From the NCBI GenBank assembly GCA_032718475.1, contig JAUCBJ010008779.1, positions 1-43,680 on the forward strand: DNA of 43,680 bases, read 5' to 3'. The notes under the pieces were generated by a model. That model had not been told where the DNA came from, did no database searches, and was given only the letters and a program-made list of their open reading frames with translations. Source of the DNA: Nemertoderma westbladi. Its lineage: Eukaryota > Animalia > Xenacoelomorpha. How positions within the stretch are numbered: position 1 is the stretch's first letter; each line of letters opens with the position of its first letter. Made by a program: the position numbers and the translations under genes. Positions 24,277 to 36,433 of this stretch are shown one piece after another.

Positions 24277-26676
24277 TTCTATAAGCCCAGATGGTGCAGA
24301 CAGTTCCGAGTTTATTCGATGAGTTGATAGTAGAAATTAGATTATTAGTTGATAATGATATAATAGGCCTATGGACAACTGGTAGGCCTACTTATTTTGA
24401 ATGAATAACTTAGGCCTAATGTATTAATAAGTCAATTTAATTTTCAATTCAACACAGCAATTAATATATTTTTAGGAATTCAATTATGTATAAATAAAAT
24501 AGCTGCACAGTATAATTAACATCTCAGCTTTAGTGGGATAAAAGTCATAATGAAGTTCAGGCTATGCAAGGTACATGCAGTAATATCAAGTCTGATTTAG
24601 GTAGTTATACTATTATTTCTGTATTGTATGTCAATATGGTGCAGCCCAAGTCAAGCAGTCACAATGAAAGCTGTTTTGAATTTCCCTCCTCTGGAATTTG
24701 GAATTTCCCATAACTGCAATGCTAATTACAAATGTATGTCTGAGTCAGCATGTAAAAGAGCCGTCACTTCTACATAATATATATAAGGTACTTCCGGACA
24801 TTATGTGCTCTATACATTTAAACATATCATACAATCAGTAATAAGAGTATACATAAGATACTTCAACAGACCACACTATACACACCATGATATATATAAT
24901 GCATGCAGGACACAGGTACACCATACAAATTATTAGAACAGAAATATTGTGCTTATGGTAATTTCACAATATGGTAATTAATTAGGTAACGGACGGAAAT
25001 TAAATAGGTAACGGACGGAATAAAAGTTAGTCGAATTAAAAACAATATTTATTTTGCACCTAAATGTTCAACTTCTTCCAGTTTTATTGTTCTAACAATA
25101 AATTAGAACTTACAAAAAACCTGGACTATTCTGTGCTACACTACTCCAATTAGGTTGAAAATTGTAACTCATGGTAACGGACGGAAGTAACGGACGGAAC
25201 GAGTTTTGGAACTGCTGGCCATGCCTAAATACGTAACGAATTATGCCACAATCATTGAATTTGCCATTACTAATATTTCAATAAAATTTCTTGAAAAAAA
25301 TTTTTGTTAATAATATTAGGCCTATTTATAACAAATATATCACACATTTTGCATTTATTGCCATTTTTTGTGTGAAAATTGAAAAAAATGTAAATTTTAG
25401 TACAGCTTGTAATTTGAGATAACTAAACAAAAACCAATAATTATTTTCAATTTTATAGACTTTCAAATGTAGTCTAATGGTATATACTACTAAAAATATG
25501 CAAAACGAAAGTTTATTTTTTACCACATTGGTTGACCATTTTGTGAAACAGGCTCACTATTGAATTATTTCGAGTAAGTATCTGATCACGTGCTGCTCGA
25601 ATTCTCGCTCGTTCGATATAAATCGATTTTATCCAACTATATACTATTAATTATAATATAACAGTATAACAATACATTAATTAGAAATATAAATCAAAAC
25701 AGCCAGACAAACAAAATATAATTCGTTTTTGATGTTAAGTAATAGTAGACCAAATAATAATTAAAATTAATTAAAAATGCCGCAATACGGCAAGTTTTGG
25801 TAGACGGATACATTTTTCAAACGATGTAATAAAGACAAAAATACTTTGTAATATAAAACAACAACAGCCAGACAAATATATTATTAGTTCGGATTAGTAT
25901 AAGAAATTTATTAGGCCCCTAGTATAAAAATCACAGCTGCTCATTGGCCCAGAGCCGAATGCCTGTATGACGAGGCCTACTCTACTATGTTAAGTTAAGT
26001 GGGGTATCACAATAAAAAAATATTAAATTCGAATAGTACAGTACATATAAATTTATCCGAACAATATAAGGCCTTAATGAACTACACAATTCTCTAGTGT
26101 GACCTTCATTTATGAACTGATCAACAGTACTGGACTGGTATATAAATTTTGGTCGGTTATTGCACAACAATACTGGCAAGTAGCTGTGATTTTTATACTA
26201 GGGGCCTAATTAATTTCTTATACTAATCCGAACTAATAATATATTTGTCTGGCTGTTGTTGTTTTATATTACGAAGTATTTTTGTCATTATTACATCGTT
26301 TGAAAAATGTACCGGTATCCGTTTACCAAAACTTGCCGTTTTGCAGCATTTTTAATTAATTTTAATTATTATTTGGCCTACTATTACTTAACATCAAAAA
26401 CGAATTATATTATGTTTGTCTGGCTGTTTTGATTTATATTTCGAATTATTGTATTGTTATACTGTTATATTATAATAATAGTTGGATAAAATCGAGTTAT
26501 ATTGAGCGAGCGAGAATTCGAGCAGCACGTGATCAGATACTTACTCGAAATAATTCAATAGTAGGTCAGATAATGGGTCTGACTGTTAGTTTTTGCTTTA
26601 AATTTTGAAATATAGTCTTCTGCCCGGATATCGTTTGAAAAAGTGTATTTTTATCAAAAAACTAATTGTCAGACCA

Positions 26677-28903
26677 TAGGGCTCGATCGGAGCTCCGGCC
26701 TCCGGCTCCGGCTCCGGCCATTTTGGCACCTCCGGCTCCTGCTCCGGCTCCGGTAAAAATATTGCCGGAGTTAATTTTTTAATAAAGTATTATATTTCGT
26801 GCATATTCTAATCTGAACAATTATTTACACTAGGCCTATACAGCTATAAGTACTGTCATACAGCAGTACTGTAGTACAGCTTCAATATCAAGCATAATAC
26901 TGCAGTATTTACTTAGTCAATGACTGCCTGACCAGTCTGGTCCACTAGCCCAATCGGGAAACAATTATTGTTGCCCGATAGGGAAAATTGCAATTGCCCG
27001 ATTGGGAAATAATGAATTTCTATCAATGCAACTATAATTTAGGCCTACCATTTCCAGATTAATTAATGTTAGGCTGTTTACATTACTGGTGGGTATTTCT
27101 TCTATTTATTGTGGTAGGCCAATGATTATTAATATAATATATTAAACTGTTAAATTCAATAGTAATATAATTATTCATTATGTCTCCTAAAAGAACTTTT
27201 GATTGTACTGTGCTAAGATTCAACAAGATTCAACAATGGTAGATGTCTGGTTCTGAACTACAGGTATTCTGGGTGAACTTCTGGGGAATAATTGTGCTTG
27301 CGATATTGCACTTGTACTACTGGTCACAGGATTACTTCTTAGAGTGGGTCGTTTTCGGTTATTCTAGCATCTAGCTGGACCTGGAGTGCCAGTAGCAGTA
27401 CCTGACGTCGTGACGTAGAGCAGTTAGGCCTACTGGTTGCCGATCGTAGTTGACAGTTGAGGAGTTAACACTAACCACTAACGTATAACTATTTTTAAGA
27501 TCATCACCTATAACTATTTAAATGGCAGTTCAATTTCAGTTTTAATATACTTTTTAACGAGGACCCCCTGGGAGACTAGGTCTTTACCTCAAGGCACAAG
27601 GCTGCAAGGGGCATTCCTCGAGGCTAATATATGATATACCTGTGATTTTAATTAATTGGTTTGGTACGGTACTATAAATTAAATAATTTCAGTGATTTTA
27701 AGCGTGATTTTAAAGTGATTTTAGGTTTGATTTTGAAGTGATTTCTGTATTTTAAGCGTGCTTTTAACTTTTAACGTTTAACTTTTAACTAACTTTTCGA
27801 TTTGTGATTTTGATTAATTTGTGTTACCGAGCTTTTATTTTAACAAACATCAGAACATACTTATTCTTTTTAAAATTCAATTTGTGATTTTAACTAATTA
27901 GATTTGGTGCTTTGTGTTAAATCCTTGTTAAATACTTTCAGTTTTGGTCTTGCATATCTTTACCAGTTGTTGTTTCGTTCCGATACTATAGGCTATTAGT
28001 CCTCAATAAATAATCTCAATCTCAACTGCAGTCAGGTATATGGACCTGCCAGTCCAGTCAGCCAGTAGACTGTTTGACAATATAGCGGATAGCCTGCTAG
28101 TAGTGAGTAGAGTCTGAGAGTGGTCTGGTGGTAGGGTAGGTACTAGGGCTCGATCGGAGCTCCGGCCTCCGGCTCCGGCCATTTTGGCACCTCCGGCTCC
28201 TGCTCCGGCTCCGGTAAAAATATTGCCGGAGTTAATCTTTTAATAAAGTATTATATTTCGTGCATATTCTAATCTGAACAATTATTTAACACTATAAGTA
28301 CTGTACAGCTGTAGTACAGCTTCAATATCAAGTATAATCTGATAATACTGCAGTATTTACTGAAAGTCAATGACTGACTGACTGTCAGACTGTACTGCAG
28401 TACTGGTACTGGCCAGCTGTCTGACTAGCAGACTAATTGTAAATGCTATGATTGTACACTGTCAGACTGTAGGCCTACTACCACTGCAGCCATTTACTGC
28501 TGTCATGCCAGCATACTGTCAGACTGTACTGCAGTACTGGTACACGTACGGTAGGCTACCTACAGTACACACCTCTACCACAGTTAGCGAGGTAGGTAGG
28601 CCTACTGTAGGTCATTTTTAGCCGTCAGCGTCAGGCCGTCTGTCCGTGATAAATTAATTACTTAAATTTTAAATTGAAAATTCGTAAATCTTTAAATTAT
28701 GAAATTAATTAGACCTACAGTACAGCAGTATGATTGATTATGAGCGATTGGCGAACGATAACCATACTTTATTTTTTTTAAATAAATATTTAAATTTTTA
28801 AAATTTTTTGAAAAACTCCGGCTCCTGCTCCGGCTCCGGCCAAATTGTCCAACTCCGGCTCCTGCTCCGGCTCCGGCCAAATCCCAACTCCGATCTAGCC
28901 CTA
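26677..28903 (+). mobile_element. Composite hAT-N1 unit with two left ends and one right end
   Basis: Left ends tagggctcgatcggagc at 26677 and 28144; right end at 28903; TSD tcagacca flanks the outer left end (26669-26676) and the right end (28904-28911). Confidence 0.8.
27460..28025 (+). mobile_element. Possible 3' end/3' UTR of a LINE (L2/CR1 group)
   Basis: Stem-loop cgaggacccc..ggggcattcctcg, T-rich UTR, then aataaa and an (atctca)n-like tail; no clear ORF. Confidence 0.35.
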
Positions 28904-29352
28904 TCAGACCACCTTGAGGACCATTTAAAATTTTAATTTATTAGAATTTTAAAATGAGTCATACATACTCTAGAACATCTAGTTTACTCTTCAAATTTTG
29001 ACATGGCGCTCATTTTGTGTCAAAGATGTCAGGTAAAAAAGCTCATGAACATAGCTATAATCAGAGCTCTCCATCAGAGCCTCCAATATTGCATTTTTTG
29101 ACATTTTTCAGATTCTTCACCCAGATATTCAGTCATACATAGGGCTCAACAGAAGCTTCGGCTTCGGTTCGGTTCGGGCCGAAGTTTGGCAATTTCGGTT
29201 CGGTTCGGCTTCTGCAATTGATACTGCAGAAGCCCGGAGCAAACTTTGCTAAATATTCCAAGTATTACATTGACTGATTGAGCTATGATTGAGCTAAGAC
29301 CAGAAAACAGTAAGACTAATCAATCTGTCCATCGTTGTACTAATTAATTTTG

Positions 29353-32121
29353 GAGTGTAAACGTTAAGCAGACACTGGTGCAGAGCAGACAGTGGTGCAG
29401 AAAGTGATGCAGACAGTGGTGCAGACACCTGGTGCAGACAGTGGTGCACGCACTGGTGCAGAGTGCAGACATTGGTGCAGACAGTGGTGCAGACACTGGT
29501 GCAGACAGTGGTGCAGACACTGTTGCAGACAGTGGTGCAGACACTGTTGCAGACACTGGTGCAGACAGTGGTGCAGACAGTGGTGCAGACACGGTAAAGA
29601 CAGTGCTGCAGACACTGGTGCAGACAGTGGTGCAGGTAGTGGTGCAGGCAGTGGTGCAGACACTCCAAGGTTGCAGAGTATGGCAGTTTTCGACCAGATC
29701 TGGTGCGTGCAGCAACGAATCACGCCGCGTGCAGGCGTTCATCAAGCGTGCAGGCGTGCCTGTTCAGCCTGTTATAAGTAAAAAATCACCCCACATGCAG
29801 GTGTGGCTGGAAAATTCATTAAAGTGATATCCTTATAAATATAATTGTGTAAAATTTTCTCGGCTCACTTCGCTCGCCAATTAATTATAACAACTGTCTC
29901 AAAGCTGCAAAAGCATGCAAAGTGATATATCAGGCTGTCAGGTGTATACAGGCAAAGCACAGAAGGGAGAACTCCAGGAAGCGAAGGACAGTTCGAGCCC
30001 AGGTTGGAATTTATGTAGAGTTTGCTCAACATGTGTGGCGCGCATTACGGATCCTGGCGCGGAGCAGGGTCGTGTGGCGGGTGGCGCGCATATGGCAGTA
30101 TGGACAGATGTATGTCTGTCATGTAACAGTAGCAATGCACTGGCAACATATCCACTCTACTTGAAATTATATCAGTGTTTAAAAAGAGTTAAAAATATTT
30201 CGCTCGCTTCGCTCGCTTATGTAGTTATATATCCTACTGTCCTACTCATATCCATTATTTCGATTTCCCTATTCTGCTATTAGGCTACGGTACTGTATCT
30301 GTTTATATTAACCTACATGAGTTCGAGTTGTTTCAATTGTTCAAACCAATATAAAACCACATTCTCATGCTCGCTACGCTCTCAATTTAATCCATAATCA
30401 TATTCTATATTTAAAAACAGTTGGTTGGCCTACCGTACTATAAAGGTTAAAATTTTCTTGCTTGCTATGCTCGCAATTTTATGACATCTGTATTTAAAAA
30501 CAGTTGGTTGACTTAATAATACTGTATAATAATACTAATACCGGTACTGTATTAATCTTAATATTTCTGCAAAATTTCTTTGCTCGCTCTACGACGAATC
30601 CATCTGGCTAATGATTGTTGTTCACTAATGGTGAACCAATCACAGTGTCTCGCCCCACACACTGACACACCACAATACAATAGTAGCAAAATTGTCTGCT
30701 CAATGACTGGGAGTATATGGCTGTACAAGCCTGCACATTTAAGCTCATTGAAGGCAGCACATTTAATCGCTGTTTCTGTTTATGTACAAAATTTTCTTCT
30801 CGCTACGTTCGAGGTTTTTTTTTTACTAGAATTGATTTTTTTAAGGCCTAATCAATTTGTCAATCGCCATACTGGCTTAAATAAGAATAACTACAGGCAA
30901 AAATTATACAGTAATAATGACTGAATGAGCATACAATACAGGCAAAGGATGTGGAGTGCAACGGGCAAAGGCACCTTATAGTTATATTTGGCAGTCGGTC
31001 TCTACAGTCAGGCGAGACAGTAGATAGGCGTGCAGTTCAAAATTTTACGCGTGCATTTTTTGTTGGCCAATACATTTTTCAGGCGTGCACAACAAATTTT
31101 TAAGGCGTGTACTGGTCATTCAGGCGTACACACAAATTTTTGAGGCGTGCACTGGTGCGTGCACTTGCCATACTCTGCTACCTGGCAGACACTGGTGCAG
31201 ACAGTGGTGCAGACAGTGGTGCAGACAGTGGCGCAGACAGTGGTGCAGACACTGGCTGGTGCTGACCTGACAGTGGTGCAGACACTGGTGCAGACAGTGG
31301 TACAGACACCTGGTGCAGACACTGGTGCAGACAGTGGTGCAGACACTGGTGCAGACAGTGGTGCAGACACTGGTGCAGCTGCAGACTGTGGTGCAGACAG
31401 TGGTACAGACACTGGTGCAGACAGTAAAGGGGCGGGCAGGTTAGTAAAGGAGCAGGTTTCAGAGGAGTATTGGGGGAACCAAAACAATAAACGTTATTGT
31501 TTTGCGGGCTAAGAAAACCCAAGGGCCAAGAATACTCGCAGGCTAAGAATACTCGTGGGCTAAGAATTCCTGAGACCTTACTGTAGTTAGTGAATGTATA
31601 TCCCCAGCATGAGACAATAACTTAATGAGCTCGTTTTATTATACAGTAATAAGCAGTGGCTCCAGTAAAGGTAAACAAATTAAACATACTCTGTATAAAG
31701 TATTTCATGTATAAACAATCAAACACTTTCGCTTAAACCTCATTCCTTGGAGACATTGCTGCTTACAATAATTTATAGACATTATTGTTTATACAGTATG
31801 AAAACTGGAATACCGATTAATTACTTTCGTACACACCTCTTATAATTATTTGTAATCAGGGCACATTCACCAGCACGCACCCCGACTTGTACTACATACG
31901 TCCTCCCTACTTCATGTAGAACCTTTCAGTAGTTACTCGCATATTTGTAGATAATAAAGTCTATGATAAAATATAATATAATAGTGCCTGGTGGTAATGT
32001 GTTTGTGATTGTGTTGTGTACTCTAGTATTTCAGTATTTTCACCAGGTGTCTGCACCACTCTGCACCACTGTCTGCACCAGCACCAGCACCAGCACCACT
32101 GTCTGCTTAACGTTTACACCC
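29353..32121. mobile_element. MULE-like element with 12-bp tandem arrays (cagaca(g/c)tggtg)
   Basis: TIR gagtgtaaacgttaagcagaca / tgtctgcttaacgtttacaccc; left flank ttaattttg (29344-29352) recurs at 32454-32462 after a later insertion; arrays at ~29368-29662, ~31186-31425 and inverted at ~32045-32110. Confidence 0.72.
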
Positions 32122-32125
32122 TTAA

Positions 32126-32453
32126 CCCCTTAGAGCCTAATGACGTCCACTGCACGTCACCATGGACAGCACGAAGACGTGCAGTGGACGTCATGCTGGA
32201 ATACATGTTTTATTGGAAGGCTCTTGGAGTAGGTATACTGGTGGATAGTATTAATGACATTTATTGCTCTTCATGGCAAAAAATCCATTCTGTATTGTAG
32301 ATAGGCTGTATTGTAGACTGTATTATTAGTGTTAGGTATATGGCGTAATGCCAACCACAGTACAGTAGTTCAGACTGACAGAGAGACCGACAGACAGACA
32401 TACTAGATTTATGTAAACGTGTAAACTGACATCAGAAATGAAATCAGCAACCC
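32126..32453 (+). mobile_element. Truncated piggyBac-like left end
   Basis: TTAA followed by ccccttagagcc and an internal inverted repeat tgacgtccactgcacgtc/gacgtgcagtggacgtca; splits the MULE TSD at its TTAA; no right TIR seen. Confidence 0.5.
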
Positions 32454-33535
32454 TTAATTTTGGACTGAACTTCCATTTAAATGGCATTATTTTTTTAATT
32501 GTTTCCAGGTTACTTGGGTAGTTTCAAAATTAGCTTAATTATACAGTAGTTTAGGTTAGGCTAAATATTGCCATTTTACTTTGTAGTACCTATTTTTTAA
32601 TTAATCATAACTTTGATACATAATACCAAATATACCTACTACTTCATATAAATAGTATTACAAAGACTATGCGTACTTTTAGTGAGGTTTTTTAAATTTG
32701 ATATCACTACTGTACGGCTTACTACGGGCAGACGGGTGAAAATGTGGTGCATACAGTAAGTGCATGCATACAGTAAGTATACAGTAGTTTAGGTTAGTAA
32801 TGTACAGTAATGTAAATATTGCCATTTTATTTTGTAGTATTTATTTTTTTAATTAATCATAGCTTTCTCGCTAAGTCCGCAGACCAAATAGGTACCAGTC
32901 TGCCACTACCAGTCAGCCAGTATAGTGACGTAAATACGAATTTATGACCATAACTTGCTAACTTTCTGAACTTCGGTTCGGATTCGGTTCGGTTCGGCCC
33001 GAAGTTGGCCCTGCTTCGGTTCGGTTCGGTTCGGCCCCATAAAGTGCCTTCTGTTGAACCCTAGTCATACAGACTATCTGATTATCAGTTTACCTACTAA
33101 AGTTATATGATTCGAATCATTATGAGTCACTCTAACCGGGAAAACTAAAATAACAGATAAACTAGTTGTCAGACTAATGTACTGAAGTCTCAAATGTGGA
33201 CATTTTTCAAAAATTCGAATTTTTGAGGCAACTTTGAAATCGACTGACAACTTTCTGATTAATAGTTTATTCATTTAGTAATAAAAATATTGAAGTTCAG
33301 GCATCGTTTATTTAGAATCACATACAATTAACATTAAACAATCAATCGATTAAATAATCAGATCAACTGTAGACACCACTTCAAATAATGTACTTCACTG
33401 GTTTTTGGAATTTCGCCAAATTTAAAACTTCAATATTTCGAGAACGGCTAAACCAAATCGGCTGAAATTTTCACCACATCGTTTTTTCACTAGAATTGAT
33501 AAGTGGTTAAAATTTCGTCAAAAATTTCCGACCCT

Positions 33536-35439
33536 CAGTCGGTGAGAAGTCAAAAATTGGACTTCAAGTCCAATTTTAGACTTCAAGTCCAATTTTGGAC
33601 TCCAAAGTCCAATATTGGACTTTAGTACAACTCCAAGTGTACCCATGCTGCCATACTGTATATCTGTATTTAAATCAAAACTGCATCCCGTATCAGTACA
33701 TATATATTACATAATTACAATGCAACATCATTTTAATGATCAAATTAATTATTATAAGTATTATAAGCAGGGATCGCACACGTACAGACGTACAGTCAGA
33801 CATCAGTAGTTACTTTTTGCGGTAGTGGTATGGCTTTGCGGTAGCCTTACTGCCTTAGCGGTGTATACCGCAGTAGCGGTAGTTGAGTTATAGCTGTATA
33901 GTTCATTCATACCCATACCTGTCTGCCTGTGGTATTTTCGTATAGCAATAATAAGACTACTGAAAACTGTAACCTATTATGTAATTGAGTTAATGTATAT
34001 TGACTAATTGTTTTGATTAGGTTCACTGTGTCAAGTACAATATACACAGCACATCTCTGCATCTCCAACCAGACACTATATAACATTGGGGTTGGAGGTG
34101 TCTCATTCAGTCATTGGTTCCCCCAAGCTTGACACTAGAACAAAGCCGCCTCCGCTTTGCAGGTCATCGCTTTTAAGCCGTGAGGACCAGCCAGTGCACC
34201 TCATGGAGTGAATAAGCATGGTGGACAGCCCATAACTTTCTTGAGACGCATCTTTCTTACTGTCTTAAAGGACACTGGCCTTGAAAATGCGGATGATCTA
34301 GCAAATGTCATGGGTGATAAGGCTGTAAGAGTGTAAGGGAGTTGTGGAGGTGCACTTTTGTCAACAAGCCGGCACAGCATTCTTAATACAGTAATAGGGT
34401 CTATATATATAATGCAGCTGTAATGCAGCATGCCGATTGTAGTAGTAGTATGTGGTGAGGTGATAAGGCTCCTTCAATTGGTAAAGTCAAAAGTGGCCGT
34501 TTATTGTTTTAGTTAGAAAAGCCTGCCTCTGTAACCTGTTCCTTTCCCTCAATTGGTTTATAATTATGACGTGTGTTACTTCTTACTCCTGTACTTATTA
34601 TGTGGAGACCCCACCCCGCAACACGTTAATCAGTTACTAATCCCCTTTCATTATACAGCTGTTTTAAAACACCCTTCCTGTTGTATGGAAAAATTAGAAG
34701 AGATGGTGGTAGCATCAACTTGTAGTATTTCTTTCTGATAGGGCTCCCATAGGCTTAGACGAAATCGTAGCCTGTACTGTAGTTAGCCTTAGCAGCAGCT
34801 GCAGTTGGCAAACCTGGCATTGCTACCAGTTTCCACCAAATATAATTTGTAAATAAATATTTGTTGGAGCATAATCTAATCTAGTCCTAAAGACTCTACT
34901 GCTCTAAAATCCTGGCCCTGGGTACATAAGGCTGTAAGGTTAGACATAACATGAATGTAAACAATATGCTAAAAGTAAAGTACAAAGTACCTAGAATGCT
35001 AGAATGTACCATTTAGCCTATATTCTAAGTACAGTACACTACACTGAAGATACATACAGAGCTGCAAAGGTAACTTTCCATAACTTAATAGCTGTCTGGC
35101 TGTCTCTCATCTGTCATGCTTCATGTACCTTTAAGTTTGATTCTCAATGTCACGTCCAAAATTAGACTTAAAGTCCAATATTGGACTTTTGTAAAAATTC
35201 AAAGCCTTATAAAAAAAGTTCCCCCTGGTGAATTTCAGGTCCCCCTGTTCAAAACTCTTATTTTTGATATATTTTCGATTAATAAAAAAAAATCCCGCCC
35301 GATCCAATTACCCAAGGCCCTGGAACAATTGGCTGATTTGAAGTCCAATATTGGACTCACAGAAGTCCAATTTTGGACTTGAAATGGAGTCGAAGTCCAA
35401 TTTTGGACTCAAGTCCAATTTTTGACTTCTCACCGACTG
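33536..35439 (+). mobile_element. CAGT-ended element with 5-bp TSD (family D, copy 2)
   Basis: Same TIRs as 16118-18881; TSD accct (33531-33535, 35440-35444); the empty site is visible in the left foldback arm (~14385-14400, gcaagggtcgg). Confidence 0.92.
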
Positions 35440-35481
35440 ACCCTTGCCACACCGATTGGTCGAATTAGCATGGAATGACCC

Positions 35482-35860
35482 TTCTGTGTTTGCATCGGTG
35501 AAATATTTTATTGCATCGATAAAAGTTCTTATTTTACATTATATTTTAACATATTAAAAGTAGAAGTTGCTCCAACAGTTTCCCTAAGTCGCAGCGGGTG
35601 CTGGTCACCTCGCCGCACTGCCACTTCGCCGCAGGTCACCTCGCCGCAAGACACCTCGCCGCACATTATATGCGGCAAGGTGACCTGCGGCGAAGTGGCA
35701 GTGCGGCGAGGTGATCAGCACCCGTCGCAGCAACACTCTGACACTCGATATTATGAGCCTAAAAATACCTCAAATTTGAACAAAAAACCCAAATTTTCGA
35801 CATTATATTACCAGAATTCGAAATTTGGGGGAACCCCAAAATTGATGATCTCCCTGACTG
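35482..35860 (+). mobile_element. Right end of the second family A copy
   Basis: Aligns with ~7455-7684 and ends in ttgatgatctccctgactg; no matching left TIR found in the window. Confidence 0.8.
35596..35723. mobile_element. 128-bp palindromic MITE
   Basis: gggtgctg(g)tcacctcgccgcac.. / ..gtgcggcgaggtgatcagcaccc; 8-bp TSD gtcgcagc; empty site in the paralog at ~7556-7570. Confidence 0.88.
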
Positions 35861-36095
35861 AACGGCGCGGTGAAAAAAATTTCCGCACGGTCAAAAGTCT
35901 CTAATTTAGGCCTACTTATAATTTCGATTTTTATATTTAAAAAACACGTCTGGAAATATTTGAACACGTCAGGCTGTCAGGTAAAAATATGTCAATATTG
36001 ACATGTCCATGTCAATTTTGACATGCCCCATCCTGGAGAAACTAGCTCTACATGTCAACATTGACACGTGTCAATATTGACAAAGTGCCCGACTG
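35861..36095 (-). mobile_element. Orphan terminus of a family C-related element
   Basis: Ends gtgcccgactg (reverse complement of cagtcgggcac at 15962); gtcaatattgac palindromic repeats; tttccgcacggtcaa is shared in reverse with ~18900-18915. Confidence 0.65.
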
Positions 36096-36433
36096 TCTGA
36101 CTGTTGTATGTAATGCTGAATACATTTTCTGATTTTGCACTGCCATTTTTAGGAATGCACTGCTAGTTCAAACAGTATGCTGCTATATTAAGCAGAACAC
36201 TGCTATTTCAGTATTTTGGGCAGTGCATGCTTTTGTGACTAGCAATTTTCAAAGTCTGATGTCTCTAAAACCCAACTGTGAAAGTCTACCAAATTTTCTA
36301 TTTACCTTGCAATACCGGTAGGCCCCCTACATATTATATTTTCAACCCATGAAATAAAAAAGGGGCCCATCGAGAAGGAAGTTAATAAAAATTGATATTT
36401 TATCAGAAATTTAGGCTAAAACTGCCTAATATG

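Larger units (their letters stand above)
20947..25555 (-). mobile_element. Full-length, putatively autonomous Sola2-type DNA transposon (4609 bp)
   Basis: TIR gagcctgtttcaaaaaa / ttttgtgaaacaggctc (GAG..CTC); 4-bp TSD acta (20943-20946, 25556-25559); the opposite foldback arm (~26560) shows the empty site; eight gtaacggacggaa subterminal motifs; contains a transposase ORF. Confidence 0.88.
29140..33063. mobile_element. Non-autonomous hAT-like element with (ttcgg)n subterminal repeats
   Basis: TIR tagggctcaacagaag / cttctgttgaacccta; 8-bp TSD gtcataca (29132-29139, 33064-33071). Confidence 0.85.
14353..35481. mobile_element. Non-autonomous Sola2-like foldback transposon (~2.7 kb, ~1.22-kb TIRs) expanded to 21 kb by nested insertions
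   Basis: Termini gggtcattccatgctaattcgacc / ggtcgaattagcatggaatgaccc; 4-bp TSD ttct (14349-14352, 35482-35485). Left arm 14353-15193 + 20942-20946 + 25560-25938; right arm 26182-26676 + 28912-29139 + 33072-33535 + 35445-35481. Mirror ORFs 14639+ and 33274-. Confidence 0.8.

Noticed and set aside
29294-31522. SAPL/CTTV/HHCL/GADS repeat ORFs resembling mucin or antifreeze proteins
   Set aside because: 12-bp tandem repeat inside a TIR element, open in nearly all frames on both strands.
15962-36095. Pairing cagtcgggcac (15962) with gtgcccgactg (36095) as one element
   Set aside because: The flanks differ (acagt vs tctga) and the pairing would cross the boundaries of TSD-verified elements.
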